A stretch of 64,000 nucleotides of DNA, from assembly GCF_006345805.1 (NCBI RefSeq), contig NW_021831871.1, positions 966 through 64,965 on the forward strand, read 5' to 3'. Both the position numbers and the translations under genes were made by a program. A model generated the notes under the pieces. That model was not told the DNA's origin, ran no database searches, and was given only the letters and a program-made list of their open reading frames with translations. This document shows positions 26,501 to 42,059 of this stretch, one piece after another (positions within the stretch are counted from its first letter, which is position 1; every line of letters begins with the position of its first letter). Source of the DNA: Octopus sinensis (taxonomy: Eukaryota).

Positions 26501-27102
26501 CAGTGCTTGAAAATGACCACATCTCACTCCTCTGGAACTTCACCATTCAAACTGACAGGAAGATAGATGCAAATAGGCCAGACATCATATTGAAAGACTT
26601 CAAACAAAGAACATGCCTCCTCATTGATATGACTGTCCCAATCGATATAAACGTATCTGTCAGGACCTACCAAAAACTGAGCAAAATAAAGATCTTGAAA
26701 TAGAAATCAGCAAAATGTGGAAGCTGAAGACTAAAACAATACCTGTTGTCATAGGTGCCCTGGGAATGATAGCAAAAGGGGCTGATAGCTACCTAACTCA
26801 GATACCAGGAAACCCAAAAATGGCAGAAGTTCAAAAGATAGTGCTCATGGGAACTGCTCATATCCTACGCAAAATACTCTCTATGTAACCTCAAGGTTTA
26901 AAACAACCATAATTTTCGGTTTAAAAAAAAAAAAAAAAAAAACTTTTTTTTTTTAGACATTCATTAGTACAACATCCCCACCCCAAATATATGGCACACT
27001 AGGCATAACAACAACATGAACTTCCAACCCTGTTGTCTCTTGAGGTCTCTGGGTGAGACTTGGAGCCAACTTGTACAAATATAAAGCAAAAGTCAAACAT
27101 AG
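23544..27102 (+). mobile_element. R4/Dong-clade LINE, family B, longest copy (~3.55 kb; RT, CCHC, RLE)
   Basis: ORF pieces 24467-25258 (WKSPGKD, YRPITCL, AWIDYKKAFDS), 25589-26566 (GGRGL, QDQ, CRVC..HVVSKC, RHD) and 26461-26703 (RPD..D), joined by 1-bp indels. Flanked by (AAT)n. Confidence 0.95.
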
Positions 27103-27145
27103 AATAATAATAACAATAATATAATAATAATAGTAATAATATAAC

Positions 27146-27417
27146 TAGAATGTGGAATCTGAACAGAAACAATTCCTATCATAGTCGGTGCATTAGGCAT
27201 GATAAAAAAATATTCAGACAAATACATAACAAAAACACCAGGACTTACAAACACATATAAAATAAGAAAATGCACTACTAGGCACTGCACACATCCTACG
27301 CAGAACACTTTCCATACAAACCATCAGAGCATCACACAAATCACAGCACATACCAAGGCACACAGAGCTGCGCTCGGTAGTGAAGTGAAAGCATGCTATA
27401 AAAATAAAACTACTGAA
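27146..27417 (+). mobile_element. Dong family A 3' fragment
   Basis: Matches 2524-2796, including the AAAATAAAACTACTG end and (AAT)n. Confidence 0.9.
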
Positions 27418-27440
27418 TAATAATAATAATAATAATAAAA

Positions 27441-27494
<54 letters not shown>

Positions 27495-27590
27495 CTAAGA
27501 GTAAATGTTAAGGTAGAATGTCTATAGAAAACCGTTTTGCTTGGAACTGCATAAATCCGAAACAGAGTTCTTGATATCTGAATGGAGTTA
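27495..27590 (+). mobile_element. Short Dong-like terminal fragment
   Basis: KTVLLGTA*IRNRVLDI* directly after (AAT)n. Confidence 0.55.
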
Positions 27591-27705
27591 TCTTAGTTCA
27601 CTGGTTGTGGACAGTTGACATTTTGTCGCTTTCTCCAGCGATGCTGTCGTGTTAAACAACAACAACAACAGCAACAACAGCAGCAGCAGCAACAACAACA
27701 ACAAT

Positions 27706-27737
<32 letters not shown>

Positions 27738-28681
27738 AATAAATAAATAAATAAATAAGTAAGAAGGAGGATTAAAATATGAAAGTATATAAACGACAAT
27801 AAAAATAACAGAAATCGATAATAATAGTAATAAAACTATAATCATTAGATTAATGATAACAAGAAAAATTCAGGTTGATAAGGATATGTTTCTGTTTTGA
27901 AATATTTGCGTGTTGTTCGTGCGTGTCTATGTATGTATATGATGAGTATATGTGTGCATATGTATATATGTATGTGTATGCTAGTAATTGCGTGCATTTA
28001 TTTGTTTGTGTGTCTTTGGTTTGTATCTGTGTGTCCCTGAACACCTCCTGGCTGTTTGCGTAAATTTGCGTATGTTTTGGAGGCATGTCTGTGTGTATGT
28101 ACGAGCGCATCTGAGTAGTGGAGAGAGAAAGAGAAAGAGAGAAAGAGAGGAAGAAATAGACAGAGAGAGAGAAAGAGGGAGGTAATTGTGTGTTTGTGTT
28201 TGTGTGTATGTGTATGTGCGTGAGTGCGTTTGGTTACCGGAAGCTGTAAATTGAACATACGCCATTAATTAGAGGCTGATTAGGAAGTTGTTTCCCTTCT
28301 GATTCGAAATTGAAGGATGAAAATTCTCGATTTTCCAGCAGCAGCAATAGTGGTAGTAGTAGTAGTAGTTGTTGTTGTTTTGTTGTTATTGTTACTGTTG
28401 CTGTTGTTAAAAGCGCAGCAGTTGCGGCGGCAGCTCTGTTTTGTTTGCTTGTTGCTTCTCCTGTGATGCTAACGAGATGTCAATACAAAGATATTTAACG
28501 GATGGATGTTGCTGTTGTTGTTGCTGCTGTTATTATACGCAACCCGCAGTTCAGGCTCGAACCAGCAGACTTCGATTTCGTGCAATTCGCCGCATTAAGC
28601 ATAACAACAACAATAATGTTGACGACGACTAACACAACTATCATCACAACGACAAGGATGGCAAAGGCAATAATAATAATA

Positions 28682-28737
<56 letters not shown>

Positions 28738-28765
28738 AATAATAATAATAATAATAATTATAATG

Positions 28766-28830
<65 letters not shown>

Positions 28831-29149
28831 TATAATAATCCTTTCTACATTATAATAATAATCCTTTCCAGGAACGAAATCTGGAATTTTGCAATAAACT
28901 GGTACTTAGGTACTTATGGATGAACGGCAAAGTCAGCCCTGTCGGTAGTTGCAGTTTGTTACCTTAATAATAATTATTCTTTCAAATCGACCCCAAGACT
29001 TTGTAAGCCTAGTACTTATTCTATATTTTTGGTCACGGGTTTGAATAAAGCAAAGAAGAGTGAAGAATTTTAGTACGGCCAGTTGACTGGTGAAATTCAG
29101 AGAGGGCTTTTTTGGCCGAATCACAATAACTAATAGGAGAGTGGTATTA

Positions 29150-30634
<1,485 letters not shown>

Positions 30635-31489
30635 TATATATATATGAAATACGAAAACAACAGAAAATACGAAATACGAAAACATGGAATACGAACTTTT
30701 TTCGAACAACTAAAGAAACAAAGGGATAACAAGACAAGCAACATAAAACAACGACCCTTCATCAGTTGTCGGCTGTTTTTCTACTTCGTATTTCGAGTAA
30801 TTGACGACAAGATACATTTCGACAAAAGAGTTGCTCCCGCAAAGCAAATTAAATAAAATTTGTGATTTTGCGGAGGATCAAAGTTGGTAGCAAAAATAGG
30901 ACAGTGAAAGCAAAGAGGAAGGGCTACTAAGCCTGAACGAGTTCAGTTGGTGAACACGGAGGAACAAGCTCTGACAGGAAACAGACAAGAATGAGTCTTA
31001 TCCCTGCATCCGATCAGAGAGAAAGGTAGAAGTTCAAGTTATATATATATATATATACTTTTGGTTTTTTTTATACCTCTTCCCTACTAATTTATGATTC
31101 GATCAAAAAAGCCCTCTGAATGTTACCAGTCATCTAACCCTACTTAAATTCCTCACTCTATCTTGCTTTATTCATACACACTTTCTTTCTCCTCCTTAAC
31201 CAAAAATATTTCCCCGCTTTCCCCTTCAAATTATCCTTTCTTCAAATAATATTCCTCTTACAGCTCCATTGATAAGTACCAGTCAACTGACCTTGCTTAA
31301 ATTCTGCCTTCCTCACTCTTTTATATTTTCTTCTGATTCCCTATTTTCCCCCTCTTCTGATACTTTTTTCTCCCTACATTTATACACTCCTCTCATACTC
31401 TGCTCTCTACACATTCTGATTGAATATTTCATGCCTCAGTATGTATATCCTTGCGACAATGTAACGTTTAATTTAATCAAAATATCCTT

Positions 31490-31806
31490 GGCCTGAAGAG
31501 AAGCCGGCGGTATACAGCTTACTAAGACGGTGAGCTGGCAGAATCGTTAGCACGCCGGGCGAAATACTTAGCGGTACGTTCTGAGTTCAAATTCCGCCGA
31601 TGTCGACTTTGCCTTTCGTCCTTTCGGGGTCGATTAAATAAGTACCAGTTACGCACTTGGGTCCATATAATAGACTTAATCCCTTTGTCTGTCCTTGTTT
31701 GTCCTCTCTGTGTTTAGCCCTTTGTGGGTAGTAAAGAAATAGGTATATATCTCACTAGGCCTTTTACACCTTCAGAGGTCCCGCCCGTTATGAAATATAT
31801 GTAGCC
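31490..31806 (+). ncRNA. Probable hammerhead motif split by a SINE insertion
   Basis: GGC CTGAAGA ..GGCGG.. [SINE] ..CCGCC.. GAAA TATATG TA GCC. Confidence 0.45.
31524..31744 (+). mobile_element. SINE S1 copy
   Basis: GGTGAGCTGGCAGAATCGTTAG (A box region), GAGTTCAAATTCC (B box), CCTTTCGTCCTTTCGGGGTCGAT central block. Confidence 0.88.
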
Positions 31807-31840
31807 CGGATCTTACCTACTCCGTTCCGTAGCTCTTGTG

Positions 31841-31897
<57 letters not shown>

Positions 31898-32512
31898 TCA
31901 GCGGGATTGTTGCCTGGAAAGTAAACAGTTGTAAATATTTATCACTATGAGATATGATCGCTGCTCAGCTATTTCTAGCAATCTGTTGGCCAAACACGTA
32001 ACGTCACAAATTAAACAAAAGTAACGTGTGCATAAACATATTTTATATGGAGTACTGTTTACCTATCTCTCTCTTTAATTCTTTCTTTCTCTCTCTCTCT
32101 CTCTCTCTCTCTTACGTACACATATGTCTTTATATGTGTCTGTGTTCGTGTGTGTGTGTTTGTGTTTGCGTGTGAGATTTATACGTGTGTGTGCTTGTGT
32201 GTGTGTGCGTGTGTGTTTTGTGCGTGTTTCTTGTGTGTGTGTGTGTGGTGTGTGTGTGTGTGTGTGTTCGTGTGTGTGTTCGTGTGTGTGTTTGTGCCTG
32301 CGTGTGTGATTGTGCTCGGCGCATGTGTGCGTATTTGTGTTCGTCCGTGCGTATGTGTTTCGCGCAAGCCAAGAGTCTTACACGTAATTCTTAGGAACAG
32401 AGTCACTTACCTAACTTTCTCCCGATTCAAAATATAAAAGTATACCTATATATACTCATACACTGAGTTCCATTTTCCTGTCTCTGCTAAGAAACCAAGA
32501 AACTTATATGTT

Positions 32513-32571
<59 letters not shown>

Positions 32572-32624
32572 CGTTTATATATTTGTTTTGCAAAATTTTT
32601 GATGTGAAATCGTGTGTTGAAACA

Positions 32625-32915
32625 GATATTGTTGTATTAAGGAATGGTCATTTTGCCAGTTTAGCCAATAAAAACACACGCACTATATATTTGGCGTTAC
32701 TTTGCTTCAGTGTTATTTATTTTTTACATTAATCTTAAGAAAGAAGAAAGCAAAGGACCACTGATGCGGTCACAGGAGTGTGACGAAAGAACTCTGGCCG
32801 AAATAAGATTAAAATTAATGTAAAAAATAAATAACGCTGAGCAAAGTAATACCAAATATATAGTACGTGTGCTTTTATTGGCTAAACTGGCAAAATGACC
32901 ATTCCTAAATACAAC

Positions 32916-32921
<6 letters not shown>
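32625..32921. mobile_element. Foldback element, family R4: ~105-bp inverted arms enclosing a degenerate hammerhead
   Basis: ATATTGTTGTATTAAGGAATGGTCATTTTGCCAGTTTAGCCAATAAAA is mirrored at about 32873-32921. The loop holds CCA CTGATGC G GTCAC-AGGAGT-GTGAC GAAA GAAC TC TGG (32758-32797). Confidence 0.78.
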
Positions 32922-32953
<32 letters not shown>

Positions 32954-32959
32954 CTTTAC

Positions 32960-33133
32960 ACGGAGGATGTAAAGGAATATGTCTACCTGGGACAGGAAGT
33001 GAATATGTGCCGAGACATTGAAAAGGAGATCTCGCCGAGAGCATGGGCCGGATGGAAGGAGTTTAATGGCATAAGGGATGTGCTTATGGACAGGACCACC
33101 CGCGCTAACCTCTTCAATAGCACAGTTCTACCT
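32960..33133 (+). pseudogene. RTE-clade LINE reverse transcriptase C-terminal fragment
   Basis: EDVKEYVYLGQEVNMCRDIEKEISPRAWAGWKEF..RANLFNSTVLP. Confidence 0.75.
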
Positions 33134-33137
33134 AGTA

Positions 33138-33321
33138 TAGGCACAAGGCCTGAAATTATAGGTGGGGGTGGCTATTCGAATACATCGATATCAATGTCTT
33201 ACAGGTACTTCATTTATCGACCCCGAAATGATGAAAGGTAAAGTCGACTCGTCGGAATTTGAACTCAGATACCGCTAAGCATTTCGTCCAACGCGCTAAC
33301 GAGTCTGCCAGCTCGCCGCCG
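33138..33321 (-). mobile_element. SINE S1 copy
   Basis: Same blocks as the other S1 copies. Ends at CAGCTCGCCGCC. Confidence 0.8.
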
Positions 33322-33545
33322 TAATAATAATGATGATGGTGATGATGATAATAAAAACAACTAATATTAATAATAATAATAATAATAATAATATATATGT
33401 GTATTTGGGTGTGTAGGTACGTATTTTAAATGCGTACATACAGACGCATATACACATGCGCGTGCGCGTGCGCACGCACACACACACACACACATATCTA
33501 TATATTTAGACATAGACATGTGTATATATATATATATATAATATA

Positions 33546-33601
<56 letters not shown>

Positions 33602-33651
33602 ATGTAATATCACACATGCATACACACACAAAACACCACGCATACACAACA

Positions 33652-33705
<54 letters not shown>

Positions 33706-33852
33706 TTAAACATAAACATGCATGTATATGTGTAGACTAACACACATACATGCACGCACACACATACATATTTAGAAACACTCACACAAATGTATGTGTA
33801 GAAATATATATAGACATACATGCATTCATATATACATATATATATATATGTG

Positions 33853-33888
<36 letters not shown>

Positions 33889-34278
33889 TGCTACAAACAT
33901 GCATAGATGGTAGTTAAGCCTGCATGTTTGCATATCTGCATTATGTAGGTAGGTAGGTAGGTAGGTATGTAGGTGTGTAGGTAGGTATGTAGGTAGGTAG
34001 GAAGTCAGGTAGATCATTTGGATGGCGGATAAGTAGCTGCATGTTTTGGTGAATGCACTGAAACATCGGATTGTATGCAGTTAGCTGCATATAGACGGGT
34101 GCATGGGGTATGCTCTGTTACTCCATGTAGGTAGACAGATGCACCAGGTTTGTGGGTTGAGATGTATTTACTAGTTTAGGTAAGTCGGTGCACGGTTTAG
34201 GTAGTGTAAAATTTTAACTGCTTGAAATGCGGTGGAGACGACGGACGCAAACTTGGTAAGCGAGTGTATTATAATATG

Positions 34279-34319
<41 letters not shown>

Positions 34320-34411
34320 GCATGCACACTTATGGATATGGATATACATATACATACACATAGTTATATACGTACATATATACACATGCATAATATATAT
34401 ATATTTGAACG

Positions 34412-34843
34412 TAGGAGTGGCTGTGTGTAAGTAGCTTGCTTACGAACTACATGGGTCTGGGTTCAGTCCCACTGCATGGCACCTTGAGCAAGTGTCTTCT
34501 ACCATAGCCTCGGACCAAGCAAACCTTGTGAGTGGATTTGGTAGACGGAAACTGGAAGAAGCAAGTCGTATATATGTATATGTATATATATATATGTATG
34601 CGGGTGTATGTATTTATGTATCTGTGTGTGACCCTAAGCCTAATCCCCCAACATCGCTTGACAACCGATGCTGGTATGTTTACATCCCCGTATCTAGCGG
34701 TTCTGCAAAAGAGACCGATAAAATAAGTACTAGGCTTACAAAGAACAAGTCCTAGGGTCGATGTGCTCGACTAAAGGCGGTGCTCCAGCATGACCACAGT
34801 CAAATGACTGAAACAAGTAAAAGAGTACAAAGAGTAAAGAGTA
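34412..34843 (+). mobile_element. SINE S2 copy
   Basis: Collinear with 10090-10492. Confidence 0.87.
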
Positions 34844-34939
34844 TATATATAAATATATATATTGAGCGCCATACTAATACAATTGTTCGTTTGTTTTCCA
34901 CCTGCCTTCGTCTTTTGTTTATTTTCATAAAGCTTCCCG

Positions 34940-34973
<34 letters not shown>

Positions 34974-35065
34974 CAAGCTGGTACAAGATATATATATATG
35001 AAACACGCATGTATATGTGTCATACATACATATATATATATATGTGTGTGTAATATATATATGTA

Positions 35066-35200
<135 letters not shown>

Positions 35201-36276
35201 GTATGTACTCATCTACACACACATATATAGGCATATATGTATATTTGCCTGTATACAGGTATGTCTGTATGCATAAATGTATGCTTGTATATGCAAGTAC
35301 GTATGGATTCATATATGTTAGTTCATAGATAGGTATGTGAACGTATTTGTTAATTGTGTATGTGCATTTTTGTGTATTTGTGTGGGTGTGGGTAGCCGGG
35401 TAGGTTGTTGTGTGGCTGTATATAATGTTTTAAAGGTAGCTGTGTATAAAGTTTATGCATGTCTTTTACTGTGTGTGTGTATGTGTATTTAGTGTGTAAA
35501 TGTATGCTTTGTATGTCTTTGTACGTCATGGTAGTGGTGGATCTCCATCGTTGGTGGACGAGGATATTGTTATCCGATCAAGTGAATTACCTTCTCCTAA
35601 ATTTACAAATAAACGGTTGTTGTTTTTTTTACAGACACGTGACCAGTCATGTGACTCTTAGGCAGAATTTGCGTGACACAGTGTCTGAAAAAGTCGTAGG
35701 TTTTGAATCACATGTACAGTCTTATATAGTCTCCATTTGAGGGAAATTGAGTCACCCTCAGGTTATGAGAAAAGGACATTTGCCGAAGACGCCAGCGGCG
35801 GTATTGAACACGGAATCTAATGGTTCTAAAGCAAATTTCTTGACCGTTCAGCCGTACTTCGTTTTAGTAAGGATCACAAGACATTGATTCATAAGGCCGG
35901 TTTTCCGGATTCTGTACTGTATACATTCCCCTACAAGGCGGGAGGCCGCTCTGTGGCAAGATTACCGATTTTTGCTGGTTGATTGAATTATACTCAACCA
36001 TTTTTTAACAATAGACACCTTTGTTTCAGGTTTTACTTGGGTGGACTCCCACAGACATTCGGTATTTAAAAAATCATATATCTATAATTAAATATTATTG
36101 GGAATTCTATAAAAAAATATTGTTTAAATATTTTGTATTTTGTAGGATTATAACCAGTTTATTGCATACAAATTTATAATCGTATATGGACCCCCAAGGG
36201 TCAAATGAACCATCGTTGAGAACCGCTGGACTAGGGCAACGCACATCGTCTTCACCCGAAATCAAACCAGCATTCT

Positions 36277-36508
36277 TATTTCTTTATTGTCCACAAGGGG
36301 CTAAACATATAGGGGACAAACAAGGACAGAGAAAGGAATTAAGTCGATCACATCGCGTCAGTGCGTAACTGGTACTTAATTTATCGACCCCGAAAGGATG
36401 AAAGGCAAAGTCGACCTCGGCGGAATTTGAACACAGAACGGAGCGGCAGACGAAATACTGCTAAGCATTTCGCCCGGCGTGCTAACGTTTCTGTCAGCTC
36501 GCCGCCTT
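36277..36508 (-). mobile_element. SINE S1 copy, well preserved
   Basis: Reverse complement reads AAGGCGGCGAGCTGACAGAAACGTTAG..GTTCAAATTCCGCCGAGGTCGAC. Confidence 0.88.
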
Positions 36509-37786
36509 CATTCGAACCAACGTTCTTATGATCACGAGTACAATACCCTAACCACAAAGCCACGCACTTCCAGTTTTGTATGTAGTACGAGGTTAGCAAA
36601 TGGAATGTAATTCGTGGCCTATTCTTTTGAGGTGGAATTTCGTTGACAGAAACTGATGTGTTCGAAATAGCAGTTAAATTTTTCTCAGATCACATCCCAC
36701 CACTTGAAATGAAGAAGGATGCATTAAACAATGTGGGCCCTTGTGTACGAAAAATATAATAAGAAAAGAGAATGATGGGATTGTTACGTTTTGATAATAG
36801 GTTTGCTAGATGAGAGCTGACTTGGAGGAGGAGGAGAAGGAGAAGAAGAAGAAGGAGGAGGAGAGGGGAGAGGGAACAGAAATCTATAACGGATGTGCAA
36901 TTTAAACGACCCAGCATTTAACTGCCACATATTTAATCGTTTGAACACGGATTAAATTGAAACTTAATTCCAGTAGGGCTCGAACATAGAACATTTGGGA
37001 GCGTAATGAAATACTAGTTGATGAGAGTAATTATAAGGGCTATGCTGATATCAATAATGATTTTTTTCTATAATTTTTTTTGGGGGGGGGAGTCCAACTT
37101 CAATACAAAATATTATAGTTGCGTGCCTTGTCGTTAGGTTCCGTTGAGATCCGTTTTAAACCGAAAAAATTTAACCGCTTAAGGGAAAAAGGGACAACTG
37201 TCATAAAAATAGATATACAACAGATAATTTGTGCTGTTAACATGCACGTACGGTCATATATATATATCTATATACAGAGGTAAAATACGCAATATTCTAA
37301 CATATTTTTAAAGAAAATGAAAATAAAGAAACCTATCCAGAAAACTGCAGTAAAATATAAGGGAAATTTATTAAAAAATAAATACAAACACTTGAAAAAG
37401 TGCAAAAGAAAGTCTCTTACTCTCTCTCTCTTTCCCTCTTTCGGTCTTTCTCTCTCTCTCACGCGCACACACACACACGCCTCATGCGCAAACGCATACA
37501 CAAACATAGAAATTCGCTCAAACACAAGCTCCTCAAAAGTAATGAAAAAAACAAATGAGGAAAATATTGTAATAAAAACACGAATGCAACATGGCCGCCC
37601 CATCTACAATTGTTTCTCTTGCAAGCTTAAGTTGAAAAAAGATATTTTAATGGAGGATCTGTAAAAATTCACGAAACCATTTCCGGTAGAGAGGGGAAAG
37701 AGAAAAAAAATACAGAAGGTAGAGAGGGTGACAAATTTCATTTCTTTATATATATTTATACGCATATTTTTCTCTTTGCTGTTGCA

Positions 37787-37853
<67 letters not shown>

Positions 37854-37892
37854 CATTATTATTATCATTATTATTATTATTATTATTTATTA

Positions 37893-37969
<77 letters not shown>

Positions 37970-38373
37970 CAGCAGCATCTTCATCGTCATCACCAGCGTG
38001 GCTGTCATTTTTACTGAATGTGTATACGCATTTAAATATATCTTTATATAGTTATATATTACATATACACATATACATCTTATATATGCAAACACACGCG
38101 CGCGCACGCACACTCCTATATATGTATGCACGCCTATATATATCTATGTGTGTGTGTATGTGTGTGTGTGTGTGTGTGTGCGTATAAACATAAATGTCAA
38201 ACATATACATATATATTGTAAATACTAATGGTACAGTTAGTAATGTCACTGTTACCCACCAATTTCTATTATCAGTCGAAATAATTTTTTTTAAAGCCGT
38301 TTGAGTTGTTAAGATGTATAATGCAAATGTGTATTGACTCTGTCAATCTCTGACGCTTTCTTTACACACACAC

Positions 38374-38446
<73 letters not shown>

Positions 38447-38508
38447 ATTCTATTATCAATTTCAGCTCTCAGGATGTCATGGTGTGTCACCATCATATAT
38501 GTATCTCC

Positions 38509-38586
<78 letters not shown>

Positions 38587-38930
38587 AGTTTACATAATTA
38601 GTTCCTACGTACGTTTCACTTTTATGGTGAAATACACTCTATCTACCTATATACTCGTATCAATAAACGTATATTGTATATAGATACATAAGCATAAAAC
38701 CACACACACACACAAACACAAACACAGACACATACACATATACACACACATAAGTGAATTCGAAAGTAAAGTGTTCTGTTCGAATATGTAATATCTTATC
38801 CTTGCAAAAGATTTTTGGCAAAAGGCACAAACAATGTGAAACATTTTCGAATTTAGAGGTATTTATGTAATAAATTATAATAATATAAATCAACTGAAAG
38901 GAATGACATTGTGCGTGTGTGTATATATAC

Positions 38931-39009
<79 letters not shown>

Positions 39010-40099
39010 TATGTATATATATGTATGTATATATATGTATATATATTTACCTATACATACGTACATATACTCAAATACACACACGTATATATATATGTAT
39101 ATATATATCATGCTATATTAGTATTGTTAACATAAAGAGTTCTTGTTTTTCTAGTTAGAGCGTAAGAGGTATACACCAAGCAGGTGTGGGATGGTCGTCA
39201 GAGGAAGCAACGAAAGATGGTATTAATTGGGAAATGCTTCTTAAAAAGACGCCGCAATAATAGGCTTTAATATATCCATGTTCGCGTCGATATCTATATA
39301 TTCCGATACAGTTTTCTACGTTAGATAAAAACTGTTTGCAGAAGTTACTGAATAAATATCATGGAAATAAAATAATTGAAAATTTACTAAAGGAAATGAG
39401 CAAAATAACAAAATGTAAGAAATGATGAGTTTTAGACTCAACAGTTTAATATTTTTTCTGTAAATGATTATTCTCTTTACTGAAGAACTCAACAAGTAAG
39501 GAAAAAATATGCAAATTCAGAATATTTATAATTGAATATAATAATCCCCAAAATAATTGGATGTCTTAACTAACGACTGGAAAAGTAAAAATTTCTGCTT
39601 TTATTTGGACAAACGCTCGTTAAATACACCTTCTTGAAAACATCTCGAAAATTTTACTAAGATTCTGAGAATTTTTGATATAATATCATTCCATTGCAAC
39701 ATGCTTTGCAAAAGAGCACAAATAATAAAAAGCAACGATTATAATATTATTTAACATTTGCTTATAGAGAATTATATATATATATATAGTAAAATTCCTT
39801 TGTTTATTGTATAGGTACTACTTTTGTAAGGGCATACTTATATTCTTAATTTTCACAACGCCGTTCTAACCTATTTACACTCATCCAAATATATATATAT
39901 ATATATATATACATTAGATTATTTTTATGTATTTGTGTATTCCTGAATTCTTTAATATGTTTCAATATTTTAACGACGGATATATTGGTATATTTTAAAG
40001 ACTGATATGCATTAATCTATGGCAGAGTATATGTATAAATAAATTGTTGAACCTATCTGAAATTCTGCTTGACATTTATATATATGTATATATATATAC

Positions 40100-40702
40100 T
40101 AAGTAATTAAGGGTTTAGCAACGATTTGCCTCACCACACACCGAATTTAGAAATAGCAGTCAAAGAGTTATGGCTATTCTTTCTACTTAAAGGGGAGATC
40201 TCAGTAAAACCACAGCACTTAAAAGGCAAACAACGCAGGCAAAAGAGAAAGAAATGACGACAATCATTCTATATTAAGTCACCTACGGACGTACGTTTAT
40301 TACTTAAACCTTCCTCGAATGGGGCTTTTACATGCCGAAATCTACTTGGTGAAATTAATGATTATTCCAAATTAATTAATTTCACCCTATATTATTATTG
40401 ATAACCATATTTTATCCCAGTAAATAGCCGCAACATCTTATTCTGGCAGCACGCTGGTGGGAGGAGGATGGTGACACATACTTTCATTCACACTTTGAAT
40501 TTGGTGGTACTGGTAACGGCTTGCGCTCGCTCTGATACCATGAGTTGAGGTGATGTCTTCTAGTGCCTTCAAATTTAATACACAATTATTTATAATTGTA
40601 GAGTCCTACGCTGAGGAGAAAAATAGTCGGGTAAGACATAATTATTTGAATTTTTATGCTTTCCTATGACTTAATTTCGAAACGTACGTCCGTAGGTGAC
40701 TT
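40100..40702. mobile_element. Hammerhead-bearing element, family R5 (distant relative of R1), with internal inversion
   Basis: Begins at (TA)n. 40276-40299 is the reverse complement of about 40680-40702. Shares TACTTGGTGAAATT, CACGCTGGTGG and TTAGAAATAGCAG words with R1. Confidence 0.75.
40605..40696 (+). ncRNA. Type I hammerhead ribozyme
   Basis: Stem I CCTACG/CGTAGG. Core CTGAGGA. Stem II GAAA..GTC/GAC..TTTC with a long loop. GAAA. Stem III ACG-TA-CGT. Cleavage triplet GUC. Confidence 0.85.
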
Positions 40703-40975
40703 TCGAGGTCGATTAAATAAGTACCAGTAACGCACTGGAGTTGATATAATCGACTTAATCCGTCTGTCTGTCCTTGTTTGTCTCTTCTGTGTTTAGCCCC
40801 TTGTGGGTAGTAAAGAAATAGGTATTTCGTCTGTCTTTATGTTCTGAGTTCAAATTCCGCCGAGGTCAACTTTGTCTTTTATCCTTTCGAGGTCAATAAA
40901 TGAAGTGCCAATTGCTTACTGGGGTCGATCTAATCCCCCAAAATTTGCGGCCTTGTGCCTAGAGTTAGAAAAGAT
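40703..40975 (+). mobile_element. Two fused partial S1 SINEs
   Basis: An S1 tail followed directly by a second S1 body. Confidence 0.75.
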
Positions 40976-41420
40976 TATTTTATATTTATAACTATTTTTG
41001 GTGACTAATCTTAGGCTAAAGTCTTATCTTCAGCTTCCGTCTTTGTTCAACACTTTGGATTATTGTGACTCTCATACTAATTCACTTCGCCTTTGTCCAG
41101 CAATTGCAGGCTATTGACCGTCGATTTTTTCCTTTTACATTTTTCTTGTTTTCTATAATTAAAGTGATATATACTTTATTTTTCCTTTATTTAGTCTAGT
41201 TTTTTTTTTGTTTTCGTAATTCTCAATATTACGAGAATAAGTATCTTTTTGTATTTACTTCAATATATATTTCTGGTCCCAATGTTGATATTCTTTAAAT
41301 AATTATTCATGTATATGATGTGTACAACTGGAGGTACATGGCCAAGTGATTGAGTGGCTTGTTCCCCAATTCGAACGTGCATTAAACATATTCGGGCTGA
41401 TACTAACATAGTAATTTCAC

Positions 41421-41809
41421 GTGGAGGCGCAATGGCCCTGTGGATAGGGCAGCGGACTCGCGGTCATAGGATCGCGGTTTCGATTCCCAGACCGGGCGTT
41501 GTGAGTGTTTATTGAGCGAAAACACCTAAAAGCTCCACGAGGCTCCGGCAGGGGATGGTGGTGATCCCTGCTGTACTCTTTCACCACAACTTTCTCTCAC
41601 TCTTACTTCCTGTTTCTGTTGTACCTGTATTTCAAAGGGCCGGCCTTGTCACTCTCTGTGTCACGCTGAATATCCCCGAGAACTACGTTAAGGGTGCACG
41701 TGTCTGTGGAGTGCTCAGCCACTTACACGTTAATTTCACGAGCAGGCTGTTCCGTTGATTCGGATCAACCGGAACCCTCATCGTCGTAACCGACGGAGTG
41801 CTTCCATCC
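41421..41809 (+). mobile_element. tRNA-headed SINE family S4 with 11-bp TSD
   Basis: TSD AGTAATTTCAC at 41410-41420 and 41810-41820. Head GTGGAGGCGCAATGGCC..GGTTTCGATTCCC. Confidence 0.9.
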
Positions 41810-42059
41810 AGTAATTTCACTTATCAATGTTTAGCGCTCCCCACTCCGTAATTAAACCTATTTGTCTACAGTGAAAAATTTTCTCCATGACCAAATACAT
41901 TGAATGGCTTCGAATTTGCTTCAATCATATTTGAACTGTTAACAAGTTTGTATTTATATACATCACTGCTTAACACTGTCACCCCGTACTTTATTAATTA
42001 CAGCTTACAACTCTCAGTGTTATATCTTACAAAATTCCTCTAGTACTAAATACACGTAT

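Noticed and set aside
39195-39255. Possible hammerhead (CAGAGGA AGCA..TGCTT)
   Set aside because: The core is altered and there is no correctly placed GAAA or stem III.
41421-41495. tRNA gene
   Set aside because: The tRNA-like head continues into a SINE body with a TSD, and I could not build a full cloverleaf. The same applies to the other SINE heads.
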